Source of the DNA: an uncultured bacterium
Lineage (GTDB): Bacteria > Abyssobacteria > SURF-5
NCBI GenBank assembly: GCA_964607485.1
Contig: CAZSKP010000032.1
Span: forward strand, 1 to 50,023
Length of the DNA: 50,023 bases
Reading direction: 5' to 3'
The notes beneath the pieces were generated by a model. It did not search any database. It saw only the letters and a program-made list of their open reading frames with translations, and was not told where the DNA came from. The position numbers and the translations under genes were made by a program. Shown here in pieces: positions 1-9,237 of the stretch (the stretch's first letter is position 1; every line of letters begins with the position of its first letter).

Positions 1-30
1 CTTGTGGCCTATCATCAGGTAGTTACCTAG

Positions 31-104
<74 letters not shown>

Positions 105-120
105 ATCCAAACAAAAACGG

Positions 121-212
121 CGGAGAGGGAGGGATTCGAACCCTCGATAGGAGTTTAAGCCCCTATAACACCTTAGCAGGGTGCCGCCTTCAACCAGCTC
201 GGCCACCTCTCC
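121..212 (-). tRNA. tRNA-Ser (anticodon GCT)
   Basis: Reverse complement GGAGAGGTGGCCGAGCTGG...GCACC CT GCT AA GGTGT, long variable arm, GGTTCGAATCC, CCTCTCCG. Confidence 0.96.
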
Positions 213-244
213 CGGCGTTTTAAGCGCTCGTTTCGGCTGTCATG

Positions 245-328
245 TGGCGGAGGGCGAGGGACTCGAACCCCCAAGCCCGAAGGCGCCGGTTTTCAAGACC
301 GGTGCATTACCAATTATGCTAGCCCTCC
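245..328 (-). tRNA. tRNA-Ser (anticodon TGA), compact form
   Basis: Reverse complement GGAGGGCTAGCATAATTGGTAATGCA-CCGGT CT TGA AA ACCGG-CGCCTTCGGGCTT-GGGGGTTCGAGTCCCTC-GCCCTCCGCCA, with G73 and encoded CCA. Confidence 0.93.
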
Positions 329-367
329 CCGCCTCGCGAAAGCGCGTAAATTTTCGGCTCTCACGCA

Positions 368-396
368 ATTATAGCAGATGCCGATTTTGCTGTCAA
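368..396 (-). promoter_or_regulatory. sigma70 promoter of the tRNA cluster
   Basis: Minus strand TTGACA-17 nt-TATAAT with an extended -10 TG, ~40 nt upstream of tRNA-Ser(TGA). Confidence 0.85.
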
Positions 397-515
397 ACAA
401 CGTTTCCGGACTGTTCGTGAGCTATCCTGAAGGATTTTCGGTAGGACTTTCCAGATAATTCGGGCAGAGGGTTGTCGGGGGACGACTGGAAGCCGCTGGG
501 GGTCTTGTCGGCCAA

Positions 516-2153
516 CTATCTCATCAGGAGGGGGCCCATGTCGGGCCCGCGATTGGCGGAGAATTTTTGGGCTCGGCTGGCTATTTCGGCGGCGAAAATC
601 CACTTTCTCAACCGGTCCCGTTCCGTCCTGCTGACATCGACGAAGTCGATTCCCGTTTGGAAGGCGAATCGGTCATTTGAGTCGTTCTTGGAAATCCATA
701 CCACCTTGCCCGCCTTCTCACCAAAGCCGAGCTCGCGGAACAGCGGCAGCTCAAACTTGACGATCTCTCCGATCTTGAGGGCCATGTTGGTTGAGATTCT
801 CATGCCGCCTTCGCTTATGTCGAGGACTTCGCTTTCTATGCTCACGGTGATCTTGCCCGAAATCGCCTTCCGGAAGAATCGCCGGCTTTCTATCGACCTC
901 TGTTCTCCGACCAAGACGCTTTCGAGCTTCGAGACCAGAATCGAGGGATCGAACGGTTCGGCTATTATGTCGTTTATCCCCGAATGGAATGCGGCTTCGA
1001 CCTCTTCGCGCGAGATGCCGTGACTCAAGAGGATCAGTTGCACTTTCGAGGCTGCATATTTCTCGCGTATCTTCTCGGCCAGCCGAAACACGCTGGTCTT
1101 GCCGGGCTCGTGACTGATGATTACCATCTTGGCGTTCAGGCTCGCGAGTTTTTCAAGCAATTCGACGGAGCTGGACACCGCGACCATCTGATGTTGGATG
1201 TTCTTCAAGGCCGATACGATCGCCCCATAGAGAATCTTCTGAGGAATATGACAGAGAACGGGCGGAGCAGTTTCACCCGGCTTCGCAGATACGGCGGATG
1301 ATGTCTGTGCAGCGCGGGGTTCGTTCTTCCACTGCTCGAGATCGTGTATGAGCGCGCGCGCGTCGAGGTATCTCTGGTCGGGATTCTTCGCGAGCATTTT
1401 GCGAATGATCTTGACTATCTTCGGAGAGAACTTTACCTCCTGCTCGCTCGGAAATCTCGGCGTCTCCATCAGATGGCTTTTTATGATCTCGGCGGGGGAG
1501 TCGCCCTCGAACGGGGGCCTGTCCACAATCATTTCATAAAAGATGATGCCGAGCGAGTAGATGTCCGTTCGCTGGTCGAGGAAACCTTCTCCGCACTGCT
1601 CGGGCGACATGTAAATGGGTGTGCCGACGAACGTGAGTGTGTCCTCATTGGTATTGCCCGATACCATCTTGGAGATGCCGAAGTCGGCGACAAGCACGCG
1701 GCCGCTCGAGGCGACCAGGATGTTGCTCGGTTTCAGGTCTCGATGGACAATGCCCCGTTGGTGTGCGCATTCGATGGCCTCGCACACCTGCAGCACGTAT
1801 TCCACCGCCTCGTCAACTTCCATCCGACCCCTCTCTGTCAGTATCTGCGCAAGGGAGATGCCGTCCACGTATTCCATCGCCAGAAACGGAATGCCCTCGT
1901 ATTCGCCGACACTGTAAATCTGGACGATATTGGGATGATGAAGCCTGGCCAGCGCCCTTGCCTCGCGGTTGAACCTTTCAGCGAAGTTGGGCCTGTCGGC
2001 ACATCGAGGGTTGGGTATCTTCAGAGCGACGTCGCGTTCGAGCTCGGTGTCGAAGGCACGGTACACCGACGCCATCGCGCCGTGACCGATGAGGTCCATC
2101 ACGTGGAAATTCTTAATGTGCTCGTCGATGAGATGTTTCTCTTTCAACGCCAA
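516..2153 (-). CDS. Hanks-type Ser/Thr protein kinase fused to a degenerate receiver domain and a C-terminal PilZ domain
   Basis: Kinase motifs GHGAMASV, VALK, HRDLKPSN, DFG, GTPIYMSPEQ. REC-like segment ending 'AAFHSGINDIIAEPF'. PilZ motifs RRFFR and DISEGG. TTG start at 2153 chosen from the AAGGAG SD; the ORF track starts at 2174. Confidence 0.88.
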   Translation of the reverse strand: MALKEKHLIDEHIKNFHVMDLIGHGAMASVYRAFDTELERDVALKIPNPRCADRPNFAERFNREARALARLHHPNIVQIYSVGEYEGIPFLAMEYVDGISLAQILTERGRMEVDEAVEYVLQVCEAIECAHQRGIVHRDLKPSNILVASSGRVLVADFGISKMVSGNTNEDTLTFVGTPIYMSPEQCGEGFLDQRTDIYSLGIIFYEMIVDRPPFEGDSPAEIIKSHLMETPRFPSEQEVKFSPKIVKIIRKMLAKNPDQRYLDARALIHDLEQWKNEPRAAQTSSAVSAKPGETAPPVLCHIPQKILYGAIVSALKNIQHQMVAVSSSVELLEKLASLNAKMVIISHEPGKTSVFRLAEKIREKYAASKVQLILLSHGISREEVEAAFHSGINDIIAEPFDPSILVSKLESVLVGEQRSIESRRFFRKAISGKITVSIESEVLDISEGGMRISTNMALKIGEIVKFELPLFRELGFGEKAGKVVWISKNDSNDRFAFQTGIDFVDVSRTERDRLRKWIFAAEIASRAQKFSANRGPDMGPLLMR

Positions 2154-2212
2154 GACATTACTCCTTGCGAGCACGAACCGGTTTTTGGATATAGTTCACT
2201 GGCTTTCGACTA

Positions 2213-2228
2213 TGCAAGCATCGTACCA
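2213..2228 (-). promoter_or_regulatory. sigma54 (-24/-12) promoter of the kinase-PilZ gene
   Basis: Minus strand TGGTACGATGCTTGCA versus consensus TGGCACG-N4-TTGCW, 60 nt upstream of the start. Confidence 0.7.
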
Positions 2229-2541
2229 AATGGGAATCGGCCATTCCCGGGCGTCGTAACTTTCAATTTATTCTGGCGGTTATGCACAGAAGGGCGGGGG
2301 TCTCACATCGCCCCGGACTGACGAAAAATGTCACTATTGTCTGAAACCGCGCAGGCGGCGCGTGCGCTCCGGTTGCCGGTTCCTGTCTCTTTGTAGTATC
2401 ATTGCCACAGGCGGTCGAGGGTGTTAAGATGTTGTCGTGGTTGAGATTGCCCGTTTGAACTCCCGAGAATAGGGCAGGGAGGCGTACCCCAGCCGCCTCT
2501 GTCTGGAAAACGAAAGCGTTGGATTTCGGAGGTGATTTGTC

Positions 2542-3573
2542 ATGACTCCCCGAGAGCGGACTCTCCGCCGGGCCGACTTCTGGAAACCGGCCGAGGACGA
2601 TGAGCTGGACTGTTTCTTGTGCGGCCACCGGTGCCACATTTCAGCCGGAAAGCGAGGCGTGTGCGGAGTTCGCGAGAACAGCGAAGGCGTCCTCTACAGC
2701 TTGGTGTACGGGAGGGTCATCGCGGAAAACGCCGACCCGATCGAAAAAAAGCCGCTGTACCACTTTCTGCCGGGAACGCGTTCGTATTCGATCGCCACGC
2801 CGGGATGCAACTTCCGCTGCGGTTTCTGCCAGAACTGGCACATCTCTCAGGCGCGCGGCAAGCTGGATGACTATCCGGCACATTATGTGGAGCCGCGCGA
2901 GATAGTGAGCGGCGCGCTTCGCACCCGATGCGCCAGCATCGCATACACCTACACCGAACCGACGATCTTCATGGAATACGCGCTCGACACCGCCAGGCTC
3001 GCGAAAGAACAGGGGCTGAGGAATGTGTTCGTCACGAACGGATATGAGACGGCCGAGGCCGTCGAGGCCATGCGCGGGCTGATAGACGCCGCAAACATCG
3101 ACCTGAAATCATTCTCCGACGATTTCTATCGCTCCGTCTGCCACGGCAGGCTGCAGCCGGTGCTCGACACGATTCGAAGAATGCATGAGGCAGGCATACA
3201 CGTCGAGGTCACGACGCTGCTCGTTACCGCGCAGAACGATTCCGACGAAGAGATGGAGCAGATTGCGTCATTCATCGCCGGAATTTCGCCCGACATCCCC
3301 TGGCACATCTCCCGGTTTCACCCCGACTATCAGGTGCTCGACACAATTCCCACCCCCATCGGCACAATCGAGCGCGCCGTCCGTATAGGCGAGGGCAAAG
3401 GGCTCCGGTTCATCTACGTCGGCAACGTGCCCGACACCGGCCGGCAGCACACTCGATGTCCGGAATGCGGCGAAACCGTCATCCGGCGGTCACTCATGCG
3501 GGTGACGGAGCAAAGGCTCAAGGAGGGCGTATGCGGCAACTGCGGCGCGACGCTCCCCATAGTTCTTTCTTAG
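2542..3573 (+). CDS. amrS: AmmeMemoRadiSam system radical SAM enzyme
   Basis: N-terminal CFLCGHRC...CGVR, DPIEKKPLYHF, GCNFRCGFCQNW (CxxxCxxC), YTYTEP, WHISRFHP and C-terminal CPECG/CGNCG. Confidence 0.93.
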   Translation: MTPRERTLRRADFWKPAEDDELDCFLCGHRCHISAGKRGVCGVRENSEGVLYSLVYGRVIAENADPIEKKPLYHFLPGTRSYSIATPGCNFRCGFCQNWHISQARGKLDDYPAHYVEPREIVSGALRTRCASIAYTYTEPTIFMEYALDTARLAKEQGLRNVFVTNGYETAEAVEAMRGLIDAANIDLKSFSDDFYRSVCHGRLQPVLDTIRRMHEAGIHVEVTTLLVTAQNDSDEEMEQIASFIAGISPDIPWHISRFHPDYQVLDTIPTPIGTIERAVRIGEGKGLRFIYVGNVPDTGRQHTRCPECGETVIRRSLMRVTEQRLKEGVCGNCGATLPIVLS

Positions 3574-3707
3574 CGCTTTGGCATCGCGACCATTCCAGCG
3601 CAGACACTCACCCTCCAACGTCTTGCCGAGATGCTCAGACCTCGCCGCACAGCGATTGGTAAAGTGACCTCGGATAATGTATACTGCTGCATTAAGGGGG
3701 TGAACAA

Positions 3708-5183
3708 GTGAGCGCAAGACCGCCTGGCAATCCTGATAGTCGCAGCGGGAGCGACGTGCTGAGAATGGTGGAGAGGCTGCTCTTGGGCGACGGTGGCGAC
3801 TGGTTTTCTCAGAGGCGCCTCACTCGGAGGAACGCTCTGAAGGCGCTCGGAGTGGTATCCGCATCCGGCCTCATGAGTCTCGCCCTTGGTGATATTGTCA
3901 GCGCTGCGCCGCCCAAGACGAAGAGGCCCAATATCATTTTCATATTGAGCGACGACCATCGCTGGGACTATTTGAGCTGTCTCGGCCATCCATTTTTGAA
4001 AACGCCGAACATGGACCGCTTGGCCAGCGAAGGCGTGCTCTTCTCGAATGCCTTTGTCACTACTTCGCTGTGCAGTCCCAGCAGGGCGAGTTTCCTCACG
4101 GGACAATATGCGCATACGCACGGTGTTCGGAACAACCTGACGGTCTGGAAGAACGAGAACGTCACCTTCATGGAGCTTCTGAAACAGGCGGGCTACGACA
4201 CCTCGTTCATCGGAAAATGGCACATGCCCGGCCGACTGCCTGAGTTGAGGGGCGTTGACCAGTTCATCACGTTCACCATTCAGGGCGGGCAGGGCAGGTA
4301 TTTCGACTGTCCGCTCATCGTGGACGGAGCGGAGGTGCCGTCTCGGAAGTCTTACATCACGGAGGAACTCACCGACTACGCTCTTGAATTCATCGAGAGG
4401 GAGCGGGAGAATCCTTTCTGCCTGTATCTCTCTCACAAAGCGGTTCATCACCAGTTCCTTCCGCCGCCGGAGCTGGCTCACCTCTATGATAACGTCAAGC
4501 TGCCGCTCCCGAAGGAGGCGGACTCCTGGATTACCATGACCAATGGGAATATGTACGCAGGCCTCTTCGGACCTCTGGAGCATCACTGGCGGAACTACTG
4601 CGAGGCGCTTGTGGCACTCGACCAACAGATAGGAAGGGTGCTCGACAAGCTTGACGAGATGGGCATCGCCGAGGATACCATCGTAGTGTATGCGGGCGAC
4701 AACGGCTACTTCTGGGGGGAACATCGGCTCGTGGACAAACGATGGCCATACGAGGAATCGATTCGCATCCCCTTCATCGTCCGCTATCCTGGATTGATAA
4801 GGGACCCTGGTCGAAAGGCCGAGCAAATGGTGCTGAATATCGACCTTGCTCCCACCCTGCTCAGCGTGGCGGGCGTGCCGATTCCCGGAAACATGGAGGG
4901 CGAAAGCTTCGAACCCGTACTGCTGTCAGGGGAGGCGCCGGGCAGAAAAGCATGGCTCTACGAGTACTTCAAGGAGTTTCCCTATAATGTTCCTGAGCAT
5001 AAGGCCGTGAGAACGGAGACCCATATCTACATCGACTACGCAGGCGAAAGGCGCTCGGAACTCTATGATTTGGTGAAAGACCCGCGCGAGATGCGCAACC
5101 TCATCGACAGCCCCGAGGGGAAACCCCTGGTGCCGGAACTCAAGAAGATGCTAAATGACCTGAGCGAAGGAAAGAAATTGTGA
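3708..5183 (+). CDS. Cys-type sulfatase with twin-arginine signal
   Basis: TRRNALK Tat-like motif, PNIIFILSDD, CSPSRASFLTG signature, GKWH, GDNG, DKRWPYEES, ELYDL. Confidence 0.92.
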   Translation: MSARPPGNPDSRSGSDVLRMVERLLLGDGGDWFSQRRLTRRNALKALGVVSASGLMSLALGDIVSAAPPKTKRPNIIFILSDDHRWDYLSCLGHPFLKTPNMDRLASEGVLFSNAFVTTSLCSPSRASFLTGQYAHTHGVRNNLTVWKNENVTFMELLKQAGYDTSFIGKWHMPGRLPELRGVDQFITFTIQGGQGRYFDCPLIVDGAEVPSRKSYITEELTDYALEFIERERENPFCLYLSHKAVHHQFLPPPELAHLYDNVKLPLPKEADSWITMTNGNMYAGLFGPLEHHWRNYCEALVALDQQIGRVLDKLDEMGIAEDTIVVYAGDNGYFWGEHRLVDKRWPYEESIRIPFIVRYPGLIRDPGRKAEQMVLNIDLAPTLLSVAGVPIPGNMEGESFEPVLLSGEAPGRKAWLYEYFKEFPYNVPEHKAVRTETHIYIDYAGERRSELYDLVKDPREMRNLIDSPEGKPLVPELKKMLNDLSEGKKL

Positions 5184-5737
5184 AGACGAGCTTTGTGAAG
5201 AGAACTGTGGTACCGGTGAGCATCGTCCTTTTCACGATGGCGGCTACATCCGTCATCTACAATTACTCCTGGCGAATCAACAACGTAACCCTTCAATGGA
5301 TAGTCGCCAATGTTTCGGCGGTCCTGTTGTTTGTCAGCATCGGGTTCGGCGCGCTCGTGATTTACCCCGTGGCCTTCTTCCGGGGAGCAGGCACGGCAGA
5401 GAGGATCATTGCGTCGCTCGTGACCCCGATAGCATGGGACATCAAGGAAATCGTCAGGGTCAGCCAGTACTTCACATATCCCGAAGCCCTTTACTATGGC
5501 ATAAACCAGGTCTTTCTCCTGAGCATTTTCGGGGCGTTCGCTCAGATGGGATTGTGCGAGCTCATTTGTCGGTGGCGGCTGAGCAAGAGAGGCGAAGGAC
5601 CAGCCAGGGTCTTTTCTGCGATTCCTGTGATTTCCATCCTCTTGGGGCTCGGCGCGTTCTATGTCATTCTTATTTGGGGAGTAGGCGTCCATTTCTTCTA
5701 TATCTATGTGGAAGGCTACAAAGCGCTATTCCACTAA
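5180..5737 (+). CDS. hypothetical integral membrane protein
   Basis: About 5 hydrophobic segments. GTGA start/stop overlap with the upstream sulfatase. Confidence 0.75.
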   Translation: MKTSFVKRTVVPVSIVLFTMAATSVIYNYSWRINNVTLQWIVANVSAVLLFVSIGFGALVIYPVAFFRGAGTAERIIASLVTPIAWDIKEIVRVSQYFTYPEALYYGINQVFLLSIFGAFAQMGLCELICRWRLSKRGEGPARVFSAIPVISILLGLGAFYVILIWGVGVHFFYIYVEGYKALFH

Positions 5738-5781
5738 CGTTCGATTGCCAATCCCGCTGCCGTATCGTTCATGGAGTCGCC

Positions 5782-7227
5782 GTGGAGAGACGTGAATTCA
5801 TAAAGGCCGTCTCGAAGGTCACCGCGGCCACTGTCTGGATGAGCATGGGGCCCTCGGTCTCGTGCAGTCCGGCTGGGCCGTCGGTGGAAAGCGGTGACAG
5901 GCCGAACATAGTACTCCTTGTCGCCGACGACCTCGGATGGAAGGACCTCGGCTGCCTCGGCAACAGGGACATCAGCACCCCTAACATCGACGAATTGGCC
6001 GAAGGCGGAATCCGACTCACCAATGCGTTCGTCGCGGCTTCGAGTTGCTCGCCGAGCCGGGCCAACATCATCACCGGGCAGTATCCTCACACGAACGGAG
6101 TCACCGGCCTGACCCATATCCACAAGCGCCTGATGCTTTCGCCTTTCAAGACCACCCTGCCCGATGTGCTGGCCGAAAACGGTTACATTACCGCGATAGA
6201 GGGCAAGTGGCACGTCGCTCCCTACTTTCCCACCGGCTGGTACGGATATCAAGAGCGGCTGAGCGGAATCCTCCCGAAAGATTTCTGGATCAGGTCGGCG
6301 GACAAGGCGCTGAGATTCATAGAGGAAAACAGAAACCGGCCATTCTATCTTGAACTCAACTACATGGATACCCACCGCGACGATTATGGTGAGTTTCAAT
6401 TCGCGGACGGCTTTCCGGTTGACCCGGAACAGATAGATGTGCCGGACTACTACGCGTTGCCTGACTGGCCGGAGATACGGACCGAGGTGGCGAAGTATTA
6501 CAGCAATGCGTCGAAGATGGACAGGATGATTGGGGACGTTCTGCGCAAGCTCGACGAGCTGCAGCTCAGCGAAAACACCCTCGTGTGCTTCGTCAGCGAC
6601 AACGGACCGCCGTTCCCGGGCAACAAGATGACGCTGTACGACCGGGGAATCGGAACGCCGCTCATCATGCGCTGGCCGGGCAGGATTCCCGCCGGAGGGG
6701 TGAACGACGACCTCGTGAGCACCACTGACATCATGCCGACGCTTCTTGAGGCCGCCGGATGTCACGTTCCCGAGGGCGTGCAGGGCAAATCCATGCTCTC
6801 GCTGGCCGAAGGCACAGCCGCGGGGTCGCTGCACGATGCGGTCTTCGCCGAGATGACGTATCACGTCAACTATCTCCCCATGCGAGCAATCCGCACGACA
6901 AGATGGAAATACATCAAGAACTACTCCGACGACGCGGTCGGACTCGATCAGTGTGCCCACATGGAATGGGCTCACCGACTCTGCGAGCTGCCCGGCCAGG
7001 GCTGGATCAGGCCGCGCGTGCCGGAAGAGCTCTACGACCTCGAGAACGACCCGAACGAACAGCGAAACCTCGCCGAAGCCCCGGCCTTCAAGGAGGAGTT
7101 GGAAAGGTTGAGGAATCGTCTTGCCCGGCATATGCGCGAGACCGGAGACCCATTCCTGGGAAAGAGCTTCGAGCACAACTATTCGGAGAAGGATTTCACG
7201 TGGGAAGCCGGCAAGCGCTACGATTGA
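5782..7227 (+). CDS. Cys-type sulfatase (sulfamidase-like) with twin-arginine signal
   Basis: GTG start after GGAG gives MERREFIK (Tat). PNIVLLVADD, CSPSRANIITG, GKWH, SDNG, EELYDL. The ORF-track start at 5296 overlaps the previous gene. Confidence 0.9.
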   Translation: MERREFIKAVSKVTAATVWMSMGPSVSCSPAGPSVESGDRPNIVLLVADDLGWKDLGCLGNRDISTPNIDELAEGGIRLTNAFVAASSCSPSRANIITGQYPHTNGVTGLTHIHKRLMLSPFKTTLPDVLAENGYITAIEGKWHVAPYFPTGWYGYQERLSGILPKDFWIRSADKALRFIEENRNRPFYLELNYMDTHRDDYGEFQFADGFPVDPEQIDVPDYYALPDWPEIRTEVAKYYSNASKMDRMIGDVLRKLDELQLSENTLVCFVSDNGPPFPGNKMTLYDRGIGTPLIMRWPGRIPAGGVNDDLVSTTDIMPTLLEAAGCHVPEGVQGKSMLSLAEGTAAGSLHDAVFAEMTYHVNYLPMRAIRTTRWKYIKNYSDDAVGLDQCAHMEWAHRLCELPGQGWIRPRVPEELYDLENDPNEQRNLAEAPAFKEELERLRNRLARHMRETGDPFLGKSFEHNYSEKDFTWEAGKRYD

Positions 7228-7251
7228 AGCTCATCCCTCAGAACGGCTGTC

Positions 7252-9003
7252 ATGCACATCGTTGACTGGCTCATTGTAGCGGCATATTGCGTCCTGGCGC
7301 TGGCAATCGGCCTGCTCCTCGCCCGGCGCGCCGGCAAGAGCATGAGCGATTTTCTCCTCTCGGGCCGAAACCTTCCGTGGTGGCTCGCCGGGACGTCGAT
7401 GGTCGCGACCACCTTTGCCGCCGACACGCCGCTTGCCGTCACGGGAATAGTCCGCACGAAGGGCATCGCGGGGAACTGGTTCTGGTGGAACCTCGTGATG
7501 AGCAGCATGCTTTGGGCGTTCTTCTATGCGCGCCTATGGCGGCGGACCGGCCTGCTGACGGACGTCGAGTTCCTGGAGCTTCGCTACTCGGGCAGGCCCG
7601 CCGCGTTCCTGCGCGGCCTGAAAGCCGCCTACTCCGCCATTCTGATCAATTGCATCGTCATGGGCTGGGTCATTCTCGCGATGACGAAGATAGGCACGGT
7701 CGCGCTCGGCCTGACAGGCGTCGACACGCTGCATGTGCCGATTGCGGGCATCGAAATTGCGCCCGACACGGCGCTGACATTTTCACTCATCGCGTTGGCG
7801 CTCGCATACTCAGTGCTTTCGGGACTGTGGGGCGTGGTGGTCACCGATTTCGTCCAGTTTGCGATGGCGATGTTCGGTTCGATAGCGCTCGCCGTGATCG
7901 CCGTCCGCCGTATCGGCGGGATCGGACACATCAGGCCGATGCTCGATGGAGCGGCTGCCGCACCGCCGTCGGTTCTGAGGTTCGCTCCGGAGCCGGGGGC
8001 AGGCGAGCTGGCGCTCATCACGTTTGGCGTGTACTTCGGGGTGCAGTGGTGGGCGTTGCGAAACGCCGACGGCGGCGACTATATCGGCCTCAGAGCGATG
8101 GCCTGCCGGGATGAAAAACACGCACGGCTGGCGATACTATGGTATAGCTTCGCCCACTACGTGCTCAGGCCGTGGCCGTGGATACTGGTCGCGCTCGTCT
8201 CGCTCGTGCTCTACCCGAGCCTTGCGGACCCAGAGATGGGCTACCCGAAAATGATGATAGACCTCCTTCCGGTCGGCCTGCGCGGGCTGATGGTCGCCTC
8301 GCTCCTGGCGGCGTTCATGTCAACCATCGATACCCATCTCCATTGGGGTGCATCTTATCTCGCCAACGATATTTACAAGAGGTTCCTACATCCCGGCGCG
8401 AGCGACACGCACTATGTGCTCGCCTCGCGCGTGGCGATGCTCCTGATGGCCGCGCTCGCGGTGTGGGCCAGCTCGACAATGAATTCGATAGAATGGGCGT
8501 GGAAATTCCTTGTCGCGATAGGCGCCGGAGTCGGGCTCGTGTACCTGTTGAGATGGTATTGGTGGCGCATCAACGCGTGGTCCGAGATCTCGGCCATGAT
8601 ATGCTCGCTTGCGACGGCGGTCGCGCTCTTCTCGTTCACTCCACTCGGAGCGCGGGAATATGAGGGAGTGCGCCTCATCATAATCGTCGTCGCGTCAACG
8701 GTCGTCTGGCTCACTGTCACGTTCCTCAGTCCTCCCACGCGTGCAGAAGACCTTCGCAGGTTCTATGAGCGCGTCAGGCCCGGCGGATTCGGCTGGCGGT
8801 GGGTCGAGCAGGAATTCGGTCTCTCGTCCGCACGGAGCGGGGTGAGGGATGCCGTCGGAGCGCTCAGCGGCGCCGCGTTCGTGTACACATCCCTGTTTGC
8901 ACTGGGAAAACTGCTGCTCGGCTTTCCTCGCATGGTCTGGATGCCGCTCGGTTTGGGCGCCCTCGCCACCGGCGCCGTCATGCTCTTGTGCCTGAGAGAT
9001 TGA
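7252..9003 (+). CDS. sodium:solute symporter (SSS family)
   Basis: DFLLSGRNLPWW, SMVATTFAADTP, GLWGVVVTDFVQF, AAFMSTIDT and many TM helices. Confidence 0.93.
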   Translation: MHIVDWLIVAAYCVLALAIGLLLARRAGKSMSDFLLSGRNLPWWLAGTSMVATTFAADTPLAVTGIVRTKGIAGNWFWWNLVMSSMLWAFFYARLWRRTGLLTDVEFLELRYSGRPAAFLRGLKAAYSAILINCIVMGWVILAMTKIGTVALGLTGVDTLHVPIAGIEIAPDTALTFSLIALALAYSVLSGLWGVVVTDFVQFAMAMFGSIALAVIAVRRIGGIGHIRPMLDGAAAAPPSVLRFAPEPGAGELALITFGVYFGVQWWALRNADGGDYIGLRAMACRDEKHARLAILWYSFAHYVLRPWPWILVALVSLVLYPSLADPEMGYPKMMIDLLPVGLRGLMVASLLAAFMSTIDTHLHWGASYLANDIYKRFLHPGASDTHYVLASRVAMLLMAALAVWASSTMNSIEWAWKFLVAIGAGVGLVYLLRWYWWRINAWSEISAMICSLATAVALFSFTPLGAREYEGVRLIIIVVASTVVWLTVTFLSPPTRAEDLRRFYERVRPGGFGWRWVEQEFGLSSARSGVRDAVGALSGAAFVYTSLFALGKLLLGFPRMVWMPLGLGALATGAVMLLCLRD

Positions 9004-9033
9004 ACAGGCGCGGGGAAATGCACCCGCTTTCTA

Positions 9034-9062
9034 TTGACTCGCTCAAGCCTTTCTGATAAACT
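9034..9062 (+). promoter_or_regulatory. sigma70-like promoter of the acyl-CoA cluster
   Basis: TTGACT-17 nt-TAAACT with a TG extension. Confidence 0.6.
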
Positions 9063-9237
9063 GATTTACGCTGGTTGTGTGTCGGATTTTACAGCACATC
9101 TCCCCTTCGCAAGACCGTCCCGGTGGGACGGCCCGTATCGAAGCGAATGACTGCGACACGGCGGTGAGACTCGACTGGAGTGTCTCAAGGGGGATTGTTT
9201 CCGATTCTCCCGGCGCAGGGGGGCGCCAGAATAGGGT

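Noticed and set aside
245-328. Possible tRNA-Sec, given the selenoprotein in the window and 'ttca' on the plus strand
   Set aside because: The gene is on the minus strand with anticodon TGA (Ser), a 7-bp acceptor stem and a short variable arm. tRNA-Sec needs anticodon TCA and an 8-bp stem.
2542-3573. Radical SAM gene as the sulfatase-maturating enzyme
   Set aside because: Its motifs are AmrS-type. It has no SPASM-type Cys-rich C-terminus typical of anSME.
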